DNA of 64,000 nucleotides. It comes from Neophaeotheca triangularis. Lineage: Eukaryota. The DNA lies in assembly GCA_054600435.1 (NCBI GenBank), contig BAAIJX010000012.1:124001-188000 (forward strand), in the 5' to 3' direction. Below are positions 48,002 to 59,349 of the stretch, piece after piece. Position 1 is the first letter of the stretch; every line of letters begins with the position of its first letter. The translations under genes and the position numbers were made by a program. Under the pieces are notes generated by a model. It did no database searches. It worked only from the letters and a program-made list of their open reading frames with translations, and was not told where the DNA came from.

Positions 48002-51000
48002 ATGGCTCCTCCCCTCAATCCTTTCCTACGCTCTTTCTTCCGCTCCACGCTCCCCACGCAATGCCAGCCGATTTCGCTCCATATCCTCCTAGTACCAACC
48101 ACTGAGGTCCTTCTGAACAGTTGCGATCGGGAGAGCAACACATCCTACCACGTCCTCACCGAATCTGAAGAGTTTTTAGGCTCCCATGTACTGCGTGTAC
48201 CTGCAAACCAACTCCCCGGACCCAACAACCCGAACGGGCACCAGGCAAATGCACGAGAGAACAAAAGCAAGGCTAAACAATTCTCGACTCTCAATGGCAG
48301 GACTGTGGTAGTCAAAGAGAGCTGGATCTATGCGAACAAGGGCTTCAAAAGTTTGAGCCAGGCGCAGCTGTTAGGGGACGCGATCTACTACCCTGACGCT
48401 GGCGACGGGCAGCAATGGCTTGTCTACTACATTTCCCGGCCACTGACGGGAAGCTTTCAATTTACACCAATTATACCCGCCGTACTGTCCGATGAGCCTA
48501 GTAAAGAGAGAAGGAAGGTTCTCGCCGAAGCGTCGGCGTCCGGGAGTGCCAGCGGTGCCATCTCCGTACCTGGGCTCCCGCGAAAGAAGGAAATCAAAAA
48601 CTTTGGCGAGCTGCTATCACAATTTCCCATGATTTCGCGACAGATGACATCTGGACTCGAGCGCATCATCCGCGATTTCATAACTGCCCACGACAAGCCT
48701 CTGCCAAAACGAACCTCCTCTTCCCGAAGATCCTCAATCAGCTCCCAACGCTCTACTCCTTCGATTTCTGACTCTCTCAAGTCCTCGCTTTCAGGAAACA
48801 GTAACAGCAGTACAGTGCATCCCACATCTCTCGAACTGGAGCCCGAAGAGGAGAGCCTACGCACAGGTCTTGAGAACGCTGTCACGAGCGCGATAGACCT
48901 CTTCCAGGGCGTCGATAAGCATCAGCTCAGCCTGCTGGGAGCTAGTACGGAGCTTACTGGGCCTGTCGTCGAACGAATGATTGAACGCTATGTGACGGAG
49001 CAACTACATGATCAAACACTCTTCCCTCGAGTATGCGCGACAAGACGACCAGACGACGCAGACCTCGAAAGCAAGGTGCGCAGAATGGTAGATGTTGATG
49101 TGAGCCAGGTGGGAATACCTCTCGAAGGCGGCATGAATGAGAAGCGCATGCTGAACGCAAAATTGGGTAAGGGCGTAGAGGCTTTCCGAAGAATGGGAGT
49201 AAGCAGTAGCCCGCAAGAAATGCTCGAGATACTGCTCGCAACGCAGAAAGCAATCACAGCGCCAGAAGCGGCCGTGGATGATGAGAACGATACAATCGAG
49301 GAGAGGGAGAAGAAGATGTCTGGAGCCATGACAATTAACGCCGATGTACTTGTGAGTATGCTTCTGGCCGTGGTGATTAGGAGCGGTGTCAGGCATCTAC
49401 ATTCGAGGCTGTTGTACATGCGCTACTTCATCTTCATAGACGAGGTAGAGAGCGGTGAGCAGGGATACGCTCTTGCGACCATGGAAGCTGTGTTGATGCA
49501 TCTGAGCAATGCGGCCGGTGGTTTGAGAAAGGCGAGTAAGCGCAACAGGGCGATGTGGCAAGCTGCTAGGAGCGGCGATGTGCAAGCCCTGGAGGCGATC
49601 TTACAGCCCGATATGTTCAGAGAGACAACTTCTGAAGTAGCCGATGAGCGAGGCCTCGAGGACTCTAGCGATGAAGACGATGCTACCGCCGTGGCCGACA
49701 TTGCTGGTCCATCATCTTCAGCAGCAGTGACACCCAATGGCACGTTTGCTGCGGTTGGTGGCTCACTGGAGCACGTTTTCCCGTTTCAGAAACCACCTAC
49801 GCCGCCCCCTGAGCAATCGCAAGTGCAAACCAAAGCAAAAAAGCGGGTCAGCATGGCAAGCATGCCGCGGAGTCAATCAATTTCATCCGGATACTCTTCG
49901 AGGTCCCACTCGCGGGCAAAGAGCATGGACTCTGCTATGAGTGCTACCGGTGCAGGTGATTTATCAGCCGAGAGGCTCTCACAGACTCAGGATGCCGAGG
50001 GAAATTCCGTGCTAATGATGGCTGTTGAATCAGGCAAGGTCGATGCGCTCGGATTTCTTTTGAGTCTCCCGGCGCACTTTAGAACCGACTTCGTGCTGGA
50101 TGATATCAACGCGGATGGCACTACGCTGCTGAGCTCGGCAGTGCAGTCTGGCAACCGCGAAATAACGGACGAGCTGATAACTTTTCTCGAAGAAAATGCA
50201 TCTGAGGAGGAGGTTCGTAAATACCTGGCCCTGCAAGACTCTCGGGGCCGCTGCGTAGCACACTACCTCTTCAACCAGCCCCATCTGCTTCACAAGTTTG
50301 GAAAAAAGCTGCCCTGGAGATTGAAAGATAAGAACGGCCAAACGCCCCTCTTCGCGTTATGCAGGTCCTATGACCACTCCGAGTACCATCAGATGGTCTC
50401 CACCGCGCTGTCGCTCGCTCAGCAAGCCCAACCAGATGGGCAGCCTCTGCACCTGGACGATCACGTTGACGCCAAAGGAAACACACTGTTGCATATTGTG
50501 AACGAGACCAGCTTGACACTCAGGCTCTTGCGGCACTGCGACAGTGATGTGAACGCTGGAAATGACAAGCGATTCACGCCCATCATGGTAAGCAGCAAGT
50601 ACGGGCGTATAGACCATGTCCGCGCACTCTTCGGTGACCCGCGTGTGGACATGACACTCCGTGACTTGCGAGGTTTGTCTGCTGTTGAGTTGGCCAAAGA
50701 CGACGATGTGAGGAATAGGATCGACGATATGGTCCTCCTTTCTAGTCCACCGATGGCAGATGGTAGAATCACAACGATTGTGCGAAGCTTCTTTGTGGAA
50801 GACTCTACAGTACGACTTGTGCTCAAGAGCGCAGCCCCAAACCACAACGGCTCAGTCACAGTGAGCACTTCAAGACGTTCCGTGGCCGACTTTGAAAATC
50901 TAGCCCGCTGGCTCAGCATTGAATGTCCCGCATCCTGGCTTCCAACCGGGTTCAACCTACCGTCACCTTTTCTCATCCCCTCCAAACCCTCCCGAGCCGT

Positions 51001-51871
51001 ACTCCGCGACACCCAACTCCGCCTGGACAACTTCTTCCGCAACCTCCTCAGCCATGCTACCTTTGGCACCCACGAGCTGGTCTGGGAATTCTTCCTCGTG
51101 CCGGACATGTCCCCGCAAATGCTCGAGGAGCGCAGCAGACTCAAAGCGGCCTCGCGCATCGACAAGATCCGCGAAGAATACCTTCCCATCTCCGTGCACG
51201 AAACGCAGGAAGTCGAAAACTTCGTCGCCTTCGCGCGCGACCAAGTCAAAGCCGTGACAAGCTCCAGCAAAAAAGCCCTCCGCACCCTCAACAAGACGCG
51301 TCAAAGCTGCAACGATCTCTCCGAAGCCACTGGACTCCTATCCAAAGCCTGGTCAACCCTACTCTTCCTCCCCGACCCCCACAGCAGAGCACTCGACCGC
51401 TACGCCAAGACCCTAGTCCCATCGGACGCCTCCCCCCTCACAGCCTTGTACTACGCCCTCCACTCGACGCACTCGACCTCGACAGCGCTCCAAATCGCCC
51501 TCAACCGCCCGGCCTATCTAATCAGCACGATGCAATCCACCCAATCCTCCCTCCTAGCGACTCTGCAGGGCCTGCAGCGATCCAACCGGTGGACCCCCTC
51601 GCTCTTTGAAGCTTCCAAGGTCCAGAACCGCGAAGAGGCGGAACGTAAACTTGCGAGGGGCAGGGAGGAGGTGGCAGCTTTGGGAAGGGAGTTGCGGTAT
51701 ACGCAGCAGACTGTTGCGGGGGAGTTGGCGGGATGGTGGGAGGGGAGGGCCGGTGAGGGGAGGAGGGTTGTCAGGGAGTTTGCGAAGAGGAGTCTTGTTA
51801 GGGAGCGTGCGAGGTTGCAGGAATTGAGAAGGGTTTTGGGGGAGGTTAGGAGGGTGGGGGAGGGGGATTGA
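48002..51871 (+). CDS. VRL1: VPS9 + ankyrin repeats + PX + BAR-like protein (Vrl1/UPF0507, VINE complex subunit)
   Basis: INADVLVSMLL..GEQGYALATMEAV (VPS9). Ankyrin repeats DAEGNSVLMMA, DKNGQTPLFA, DAKGNTLLH and NDKRFTPIM. PX-like RRSVADFENL..HELVWEFF. Helical C-terminus GRELRYTQQTVAGELAGW. Confidence 0.88.
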   Translation: MAPPLNPFLRSFFRSTLPTQCQPISLHILLVPTTEVLLNSCDRESNTSYHVLTESEEFLGSHVLRVPANQLPGPNNPNGHQANARENKSKAKQFSTLNGRTVVVKESWIYANKGFKSLSQAQLLGDAIYYPDAGDGQQWLVYYISRPLTGSFQFTPIIPAVLSDEPSKERRKVLAEASASGSASGAISVPGLPRKKEIKNFGELLSQFPMISRQMTSGLERIIRDFITAHDKPLPKRTSSSRRSSISSQRSTPSISDSLKSSLSGNSNSSTVHPTSLELEPEEESLRTGLENAVTSAIDLFQGVDKHQLSLLGASTELTGPVVERMIERYVTEQLHDQTLFPRVCATRRPDDADLESKVRRMVDVDVSQVGIPLEGGMNEKRMLNAKLGKGVEAFRRMGVSSSPQEMLEILLATQKAITAPEAAVDDENDTIEEREKKMSGAMTINADVLVSMLLAVVIRSGVRHLHSRLLYMRYFIFIDEVESGEQGYALATMEAVLMHLSNAAGGLRKASKRNRAMWQAARSGDVQALEAILQPDMFRETTSEVADERGLEDSSDEDDATAVADIAGPSSSAAVTPNGTFAAVGGSLEHVFPFQKPPTPPPEQSQVQTKAKKRVSMASMPRSQSISSGYSSRSHSRAKSMDSAMSATGAGDLSAERLSQTQDAEGNSVLMMAVESGKVDALGFLLSLPAHFRTDFVLDDINADGTTLLSSAVQSGNREITDELITFLEENASEEEVRKYLALQDSRGRCVAHYLFNQPHLLHKFGKKLPWRLKDKNGQTPLFALCRSYDHSEYHQMVSTALSLAQQAQPDGQPLHLDDHVDAKGNTLLHIVNETSLTLRLLRHCDSDVNAGNDKRFTPIMVSSKYGRIDHVRALFGDPRVDMTLRDLRGLSAVELAKDDDVRNRIDDMVLLSSPPMADGRITTIVRSFFVEDSTVRLVLKSAAPNHNGSVTVSTSRRSVADFENLARWLSIECPASWLPTGFNLPSPFLIPSKPSRAVLRDTQLRLDNFFRNLLSHATFGTHELVWEFFLVPDMSPQMLEERSRLKAASRIDKIREEYLPISVHETQEVENFVAFARDQVKAVTSSSKKALRTLNKTRQSCNDLSEATGLLSKAWSTLLFLPDPHSRALDRYAKTLVPSDASPLTALYYALHSTHSTSTALQIALNRPAYLISTMQSTQSSLLATLQGLQRSNRWTPSLFEASKVQNREEAERKLARGREEVAALGRELRYTQQTVAGELAGWWEGRAGEGRRVVREFAKRSLVRERARLQELRRVLGEVRRVGEGD

Positions 51872-52680
51872 GGGGGTTGGAGTTGGAGGGTCCGTTGATT
51901 CGACCGGGGCTTCTTGGAAATGAATGATACCAGAGAGTGGTCCGGTTTGGGTTTATAGCTGGTCTGTAGATTGACTGTAGCATTGTGCATGCGCTTGAGG
52001 TGTAATCTATTCGTACTAGCTAGGGCGTTCATTTTCACTTTCACTCACACTGGCCAAGACATGGCCTTCCTTGCTCGCAAAAGCCAGCGAGTACATCCGA
52101 CTCACATTCAACCTTGAGGCCTCTAGATATCTCAAATCGACGTAGCCGATTCGAATCGCTCCTAGCTTTCCATATCTCCACTTCCCAACGCCCACGATTT
52201 CAGGAACAACACAGTCCTCGACCCTGGGCGAAGAGAAAAAGAAACCGCTACCTTGCGGAGGGAGAGCGATTGCCCCCATGGAGGAGGAGCCAGAGGTAGA
52301 ATTGGAAGAGTGTTCATTACAAAACCTTCAGCAGACAATAATACGGGGATTGCGATTACATTCGTCCTTGCAAGCAACCTTGCGCACCGGGGGAAAAACC
52401 ACGAGGAAAAAGGCTAGGCTGCCCCGGGAGCCGGCCGCGGCCCTTTGGCCTTCGACTCTCGCGCGAGAGAGCTACCTACATATCTACTACGTGCCTTATC
52501 GCGAGCGCCGGTTCTTCAACTCCTTGTCTCACCGCTGCCTCATCGCTCAAACAAGAGCGTGGGTGGCGGTTTTGATTGCTGCGTGGAGTCTTTTTTTTTC
52601 TTGTTACGCTAGGGTCTGATTGGTAGTGAGAAAGGTTCCGGGCTCGTGAGCGGTGTGACGGCGATAGGTTGACGGGCATG

Positions 52681-52704
52681 TTTTTTTTTTTTTTTTTTTT
52701 TTTT
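52681..52704. repeat. Poly(T) tract (24 nt)
   Basis: Directly visible homopolymer. Confidence 0.95.
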
Positions 52705-53052
52705 GGCGAGGGGGGGATTCTTTTCAGGATCGAGTGGACTAAAACATTATGCGAGGGGCGGGTTAATTAATACAATGGCCTCGCGTCCCAAAGTGCTTCG
52801 CTTCCAATGAAATATCAATGGCCGGGGTGCGGTTTGGTTTTGCGATGTGTCGGTTAGAAGGAAGAGGGGGAAGGAAATGTGACAGCTGCACCGCATCCCC
52901 GTCACTTAATCAATAATAATTACTACTGTGAGCTGCACTTTGCCATTTGTGGAGAGGTGAGACTGCTTCTTTGGTCTAGCTGCAGAAGCCTCGCCTGCTC
53001 AGGTTGCTCAGGCAAGGAAGGCGAGGAAAGCGTGCAGTGTTAGGTACGGCAC

Positions 53053-53113
53053 GGCATGGTATGGCATGGTATGGTGGTATGGTGGTATGGCATGGCATGG
53101 CATGGCATGGCAT
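53053..53113. repeat. Degenerate (GGCAT/GGTAT)n pentanucleotide repeat within a TAC/CTA-rich intergenic zone
   Basis: ggcatggtatggcatggtatgg...catggcatggcatggcat. Confidence 0.85.
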
Positions 53114-54288
53114 TAATGCATGGTACATGTATGGTACTAGTACTATAGTATGCAGGTGGCATGTCCACCTCTCACTACCTCCTACTACAGTACTACAGTA
53201 CTACTACTACTCTCTCTCACCTGTGCAACTCTTGTCGCACTCTCTCGTTTGTGTGTGACTGAGCTCGCGTGGTCGAGATTGCTTGAAGATACTACAGTAC
53301 TCTATTATATGTTATCACATACCTTACTTTAATTATTACTACCTTACAGTATATACGGCGTGGCGCTGTCAGACGCATCTTCATCACAATCACAACTTAA
53401 ACCTACAGTGTTACAACGACAAGGCGAGCGCGGTTGGTCTCGCTACCTCCTACCTCCTATCTCCTACCTCCTCCTACCTATGTATGTACTATACTATACT
53501 ACAGTAGTACCTTTACCTTGGTCTCGCTACCACTGCTTCGGCTATCATTCTTACCTAGCTCCCTTACTAGTAATTGTCCTTTCTTGTTAATGGTTATTGC
53601 TGGCGACGGCGATACCTAGGGTAGGTATGTTTGATTCTCGCCTGCATGCTCCCACCGCTCCGCTGCCCGTCACACTTCCAAGTAGTAGTAGTAGCAGTAG
53701 TACTACCTAGTCTTGCTTATATGCATGGCCATGCCAAACCTTGCCTCACGTCAAAACCCTCAACTTGTCCTCCTGTGAGTGAATCCTGTCCTCAACTTAT
53801 CACCTCCTTGCCGCGACCTCCGTCCTACTATTGTTGTACTACGCTCGGGCAGCAGAGAGCTTGACACCCAATACCACCCAATCCCAGCTGCGGCTTTCCG
53901 CTGGTCTTGGTAGCCGACGGCGAGGGTTACACCCAACCCAACGCAAGCCTTTTTGCCCCCAAAAGACAGACCTGTCGACTATCGTACAGCCGGAAGCCTC
54001 CATCCAACACCTTGGCTTTGGTGCCCGCGCTGCTTCCGACCTGCACTCCCTCTGACAGCTCGGGAGCCCCAGGATACTACTGTACGCAGCCTGGGTAGAC
54101 GATGCTCTATGCAGGATACTATCGACCCACTCGGACGGCCTCTGAAAATCATGGCAAATACTATGTACTACTTCTCGAGCCCGCGCCCGTCGTCCATGGC
54201 CAAATACCGCCCTCCCGGCAGGCGTGTCGTGAAATCTATCAGACACTCAACCATACGCAAAATGGACTTTCTTACCCAGCAGACTTGC

Positions 54289-56478
54289 ATGGCCCGTCTG
54301 GATGAACCTCAATTCTACGCCAGCGACATTGTCACATGGTTCGGGGGCTGTCCAACTCGCCCTCAACACCCCGCCTCGAGCCCGCCGCGGCACCATGAGG
54401 ACACTGTTGGCCCCTCTACTGGCGCCGACGCCGACGACGACGACGACGACGACGCAGATGGCGCGCTTCGTTCGGAGAGCACGGACGAGTGGATGACTGA
54501 TATGTTTGCCTCAACAAGCATAGCTCCCACACCCGGGCTCTCAGCAACCGCACTCGCCCCGACGTCCTTCCCACATGGCCGTCCGTCGGCTCACCCCTCC
54601 AATGTCTCTGCTTCGCAAAGGCAGCATGATGGTTTCGCTATCCAACCTACCCCTCTCCAAGACCTCATCGGCCTTGGCGGCTACATACCCAACCCTGCCA
54701 GTATCCTCGGATCGCACCATCCCCGTCCCCTGTCCGAAGAGATATGGGAGGAGGAAGATGGAAGAAGATTGCGGTTTGCTTTGGAAGGCGACGCGAATCA
54801 TGACGTCCCACAGTTTGCGCCTTCGACAAACAGCGACGAAACAAGAGTGGGACCGGTTGATCATACGCCAGTCGACAGTCATCTCCGGCAGAACCACACA
54901 GCTTCGCACGAGTGGCAATGGAGCCATGCCAGGGACGCATCCATCTGGTCGAGCTCGAGGGTGTCTGACAGCCATCTGGCTATGCCAGACCAAGAAGGCC
55001 TAGCGGTAGACGACCCCAAGCGTAATTACGACTTTTCCGACTTTCTGCTTGATTGGAAGTGGCATACCACCTGCACACCTGGTATGCCACCGACGGACTA
55101 CATCCGTAATCAATCTGGCCCCGCACACCAGCGCTACATAACAAGCGATGACATCGCTGCTGGTCGTGAGGATGACATCCAAGGGATCGACTGGCCAAGC
55201 CTCCGGTGCAAAAGGGCAGATGCTTTCGCCGCGAGAAGAGCGCTGAACCCGTCGCAGCAATACCGAGTCCACAGTTGGAGCGCTTCCGACACCCAACACG
55301 CCCCCCAGCTAGACCGGCAATACACCTTCAAAAGCTTCAACCCAGCCCACCGAGCCCGCTTCAGCCACTACCAACTCCGCAACGTCCTAGCCACGAGCAG
55401 CCAAGACTCCGTATACTACGCCACGCGCAACAAAGTCATCAAAACCTCCCTAGCATGTCCCACGCTCTCCGAAACCGCCATGGACCTCCCCAAACCCCGC
55501 CACGACGCCGACAACTTCCAAACCAGCGCCGGCTTCCGCATAACCTGCCTATCCACCACCCCTACCCCTACATTCCCCTCCTATCAAACCCCACAAGTCC
55601 TCCTCGCAGGCGGTTTCGAAGGCGAATACGCCCTCCAAACCTTAGATTCCAGCATCCCTACCCCCGGTCCAACCCACCTAGGCACCGTCACCCGCGCCCA
55701 CAACAACCTCATCACCCACATCCAGACCCACCAAACCCGCTACAGCACGAGCACGCCCTACGCAGCTCTCAGCTCAAACGACCACACGGTCCGCCTCCTC
55801 AACACGGCCACCAACACCTTCACCGCGGTCCACAGCTACGAAACCCCCATCAACAGCACAGCCATCAGCCCCGACTCCCGCCTCCGCCTACTGGTAGGAG
55901 ACACGCCCCACGCGCTCATCACCGACGCCGAGCGCGGCGACGTCCTCGTAACCCTCCGCCACCACACAGACCACGGCTTCGCATGCGCCTGGTCACGGGG
56001 AGGCCGCCACCTCGCGACGGCGGCGCAAGACGGCAAGATCGCCCTCTGGGACGCGCGCAATTGGAAAAGCCCCCTCACCTCGCTCTCCTGCCTGAGCGGC
56101 TGCGCGCGCCTGCTCCAATTCTGCGACGATGGCTCTCTCGTCGTCGGCGAGAGCGAAGACGTCGTTTCCGTCTTGGCCGGCCGGTGCGAGGGCTTCTGGG
56201 ACCGCCGGCAGGATTTGCGCTTTTTTGGCGCCTTGGCGGGTTTGGGGCTGTTGGAGGGCGGAGCCCGGGTCGTGGTTGCCAATGCGGATAGGGGCGTTGG
56301 GGGCCTCGGAGTTTGGGAGAGGAGTGCGGGGTGTGATTCGGCGGGTGAAGGGTGGGAGGGTTTTGCCGAGGGAGAGTGCGGGTTGGGGGATGTTGTCGGG
56401 GTTGAGGAGGGTTTGGGGAGGAGGAGGAAGAGGGCGGGGAGGAGGCGTGCCGGTGTCGTGGCGGAGGTTGTCGTTTGA
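54289..56478 (+). CDS. WD40-repeat protein, DUF2415-like (start uncertain; in-frame ATGs also at 54109-54262)
   Basis: DIQGIDW, FSHYQLRNVLA, LLAGGFEGEY, SSNDHTVRL, INSTAISPDSRL and HTDHGFACAWSRGGRHLATAAQDGKIALWDARNW. Confidence 0.85.
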   Translation: MARLDEPQFYASDIVTWFGGCPTRPQHPASSPPRHHEDTVGPSTGADADDDDDDDADGALRSESTDEWMTDMFASTSIAPTPGLSATALAPTSFPHGRPSAHPSNVSASQRQHDGFAIQPTPLQDLIGLGGYIPNPASILGSHHPRPLSEEIWEEEDGRRLRFALEGDANHDVPQFAPSTNSDETRVGPVDHTPVDSHLRQNHTASHEWQWSHARDASIWSSSRVSDSHLAMPDQEGLAVDDPKRNYDFSDFLLDWKWHTTCTPGMPPTDYIRNQSGPAHQRYITSDDIAAGREDDIQGIDWPSLRCKRADAFAARRALNPSQQYRVHSWSASDTQHAPQLDRQYTFKSFNPAHRARFSHYQLRNVLATSSQDSVYYATRNKVIKTSLACPTLSETAMDLPKPRHDADNFQTSAGFRITCLSTTPTPTFPSYQTPQVLLAGGFEGEYALQTLDSSIPTPGPTHLGTVTRAHNNLITHIQTHQTRYSTSTPYAALSSNDHTVRLLNTATNTFTAVHSYETPINSTAISPDSRLRLLVGDTPHALITDAERGDVLVTLRHHTDHGFACAWSRGGRHLATAAQDGKIALWDARNWKSPLTSLSCLSGCARLLQFCDDGSLVVGESEDVVSVLAGRCEGFWDRRQDLRFFGALAGLGLLEGGARVVVANADRGVGGLGVWERSAGCDSAGEGWEGFAEGECGLGDVVGVEEGLGRRRKRAGRRRAGVVAEVVV

Positions 56479-57269
56479 TGGTATCTTTTTTGCTTGCTTT
56501 TTTCCCCTTCCTCGCTCGAGCGGGGTGCGCGGTCTAGGGCTTGGAGTCGACAGTTTTCCTCCTGTCGTTCCACTACGGAAGAATTACCATCCTCCATCTC
56601 CAATCTCATTCGGTCTACTGAATCTACATCCTCCCCCCTTGGTGGGAAACGGGGTACAGGCTATGAGGGGTTTGCAAAGGAAGGCAACGGGAGGTCCCAA
56701 GAGCGCTGAGCCGATGAAAGATAGAAGCGACCGCGGATTGCATGAAGTTGTTTCCCCAAAAGCCTCGTAGGAGCTTCCGATGGGCAAATTGTGATGTGAT
56801 AAAAAATCCTAACGTTCTTAGAAAACCTCGTCAGTCACGGCGGTTCGCTACATTGTACCGCCTGGTATCTCTCGGCTCGAACTGATGCCAACCCAACCTG
56901 TCCTGTCCCGTTTCGTTTCGTTCCATCCCATCCTGAAGCCATGTGTGCCCCCCCTCCCCCCTCCATTAATTCTTCAGACCTAATGCCCTTCTACCTGGTC
57001 TATCTCGGAGACAAGACGAGCAAGCGAGCAAGCACGTCAGTCAGGTCAAATCAACTCTATTCCCAGTTCGCCAAATCGAAAAGACAAAGCCGAAAAATCC
57101 ATCCCAGACATGATCAGAATCCCAGCGCCTCGCCAAATAAACGACCAGAAAAAAAAAAACAGAAAGGAAACCCCGGCGCCCAGACCCAAATATCCCCATT
57201 CCTCTCAAAAGCCACCCCAGACACCACCTCCTTTGACCTCATGACTTCACTCCCTGTGCTCACCCAACC

Positions 57270-59349
57270 CTAAAACAACCCCATGAACCGCCTCCCCCCC
57301 TTTCCTCGCCCACTACCAGCCAACTCCTTACTCCTAGCCTCAGCCTTGGTCATCGGAATCCCCGGATCCCCAGCCGCGGCATCCCTGATAATAGCTAATC
57401 GCTGCTTGGCAGTCTCATTCCCCCGATCGGCGGCCGCCACGTACCAGACATTTGCTTGTAGCGGATCGCGTCGGCAGCCGATGCCCATTTCGGTGAAGTA
57501 GCCGCAAGCGTATTCGGCTTTGGGGTAGCCTATCAATTTCAAGAATTAGTAAAGGGGGGATTTGGAGTTGGATGGTTTGAAAAGACGTACCGAGTTCAGC
57601 AGCCTGGTGCGCCCACTGGTAAGCTTCGGCCTCGTCTTTTTCGAGCACCGGCGGCGCGCCTAGCATGTACCACGCGCACAGCGCCATCATGGCCTCAGGA
57701 TTGCCGCGAGTGGCGGCGCCGTTGTAGAAATGCACGCTCAGCGCCGCATCGCGCGGACACATGTACAAGCCGTTCTCGTAAGCGCGGCCCATGAGGAGGT
57801 TGGCTTCAGCGTGGCCGAGCTCGGCCGACTGCGTGAAAAGCTGCGCCGCGTAAGCTTCATCTTTGAAAATGTCCTCGCCGCTGCCGGTCAAGTGCAGCAA
57901 ACCGAGTTCGTAAGGGGCGGAATTGTATTGGGGATCTGCGGCTTCCTGGGCGCGTTTGAGCCATTTGATGCCTTCGCGGTGGTAGGATTTGCCGAGGCCC
58001 ATGTCGCCGCGGATGCAGGCGAGACCCAAGCGGGAGGCTGCGCCGGGGTGGGAGCGCGAGGCGGCGGAGCGGAAGAATTGGACGGCTTTGGGGTAGGATT
58101 TTGTGGTGCCCCAGCCAAACTCGTAGCAGAGTGCGGCGCGGTAGCCGGCTTCGGCGTGGCCGTGTTTGGAGGCGGCGACGAAGAGGGGGAAGGCCTTGTC
58201 ATGGTCAGGCTTGTCTTTGTTGAAGAGGCCACTGAAGTAGCCGTCACCGAGGTAGTATTGGGCGAAGGGGTAGGCGCGGTCTGAGAGGCGTTGCAGGATG
58301 TGTTTGGCGTCCGAGATGAGTTCTTTCGCGTCGATGCCGTCTTCGGGTTCGGCGTCGCGGGCTGTGTTGACCATGAAAAGGGCGAACTCGTACTGCACTG
58401 TCGTGTCGTTGGTCTTCTTCACGTTGGCGCGGTACATCTCTAGTGTCTTCTTGGTGTCCAAGAGGCTGGCGGCAGATCCTGTCTGGGCTCGTAGGCCGGA
58501 TAATTGGTTGTTGAGAGGAGTAGGGGCGTGTTGCTGGTTATAAGGGACGTTGGAAAGGAGATCGACGTAGCTCATGGGTCGCAGGCTAGGGGATCTTCGA
58601 TTGTTTGGGCGTGGTGAGCCGCTCATGTCTGATCCGTTCGCACTCATGGGGGTGAGAGTGCGACCTCTTAGTTCGCTGCCTAGAGTGTATGTAGAGACTG
58701 GTCTGCTTGGTCCATTCTTTGGCACGTTGAGTTGCTGTGTGTGTCTAGCTTCTCCTCCACTCGACGAGCCTGAATTGGAGGACTGAAAAGTCATCTGGGA
58801 GGCTCGGTTCTGTACCCGCTTCTTCGGCGCATCGTCAAAAGCACTGTACTGCAGCCCTGGGGTTGGCGGAAGCTCTGCTGTGTTTACCTCACCACTGTAC
58901 TCGTCAATTTTGCCCATGCTCGATTGGCGACTATGCGGTTGCGATTCGTTGCCCCTGATGCCAGCGTTACCCGGTCTGCTCCGCGTGGGCAATGATTCTA
59001 TGGAGTCGCCCATCTTCCCACTCTCTGGCGTGCCCATCCTTCCGGATGATTGACTCGGCCAGCCATAATCTGTGCCTGATGCTGCATTACCCAACGACGC
59101 TGTTTCCGGCTCTTGGATAGTACGGTTTGGCGGATTGATGCTCACTGGGCTAGCCGGTGTCTCTTGTAGTGTTACGGAATGCTGCGGTAGTGATGGAAGA
59201 GGCTTCGGCCGTGTCGGTGATCGGTCGGGGGAGTTGTTTTGTGATTGTGCCCTTTGTTTCCCAAGGCTGTTTTGCGAAGTCGACCAGTGGCCGCTCTTGG
59301 GTGGAGTGGGGGTATCTGGGTACTGTCCGGTACCGCTATCCTGGGCCAT
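57270..59349 (-). CDS. SKT5: Chitin synthase activator Skt5/Chs4 family (SEL1 repeats); exons 59349-57591, 57529-57270
   Basis: TLEMYRANVKK, AYPFAQYYLGDGY, AASKHGHAEAGYRAALCYEFGWG, CPRDAALSVHFY, AMMALCAWY and G|YPKAEYACGYFTEMGIGCRRD. Confidence 0.9.

Noticed and set aside
55206..56291. 361-aa alternative-frame ORF inside the WD40 gene
   Set aside because: Pro/His/Arg-rich by-product of C-ending codons.
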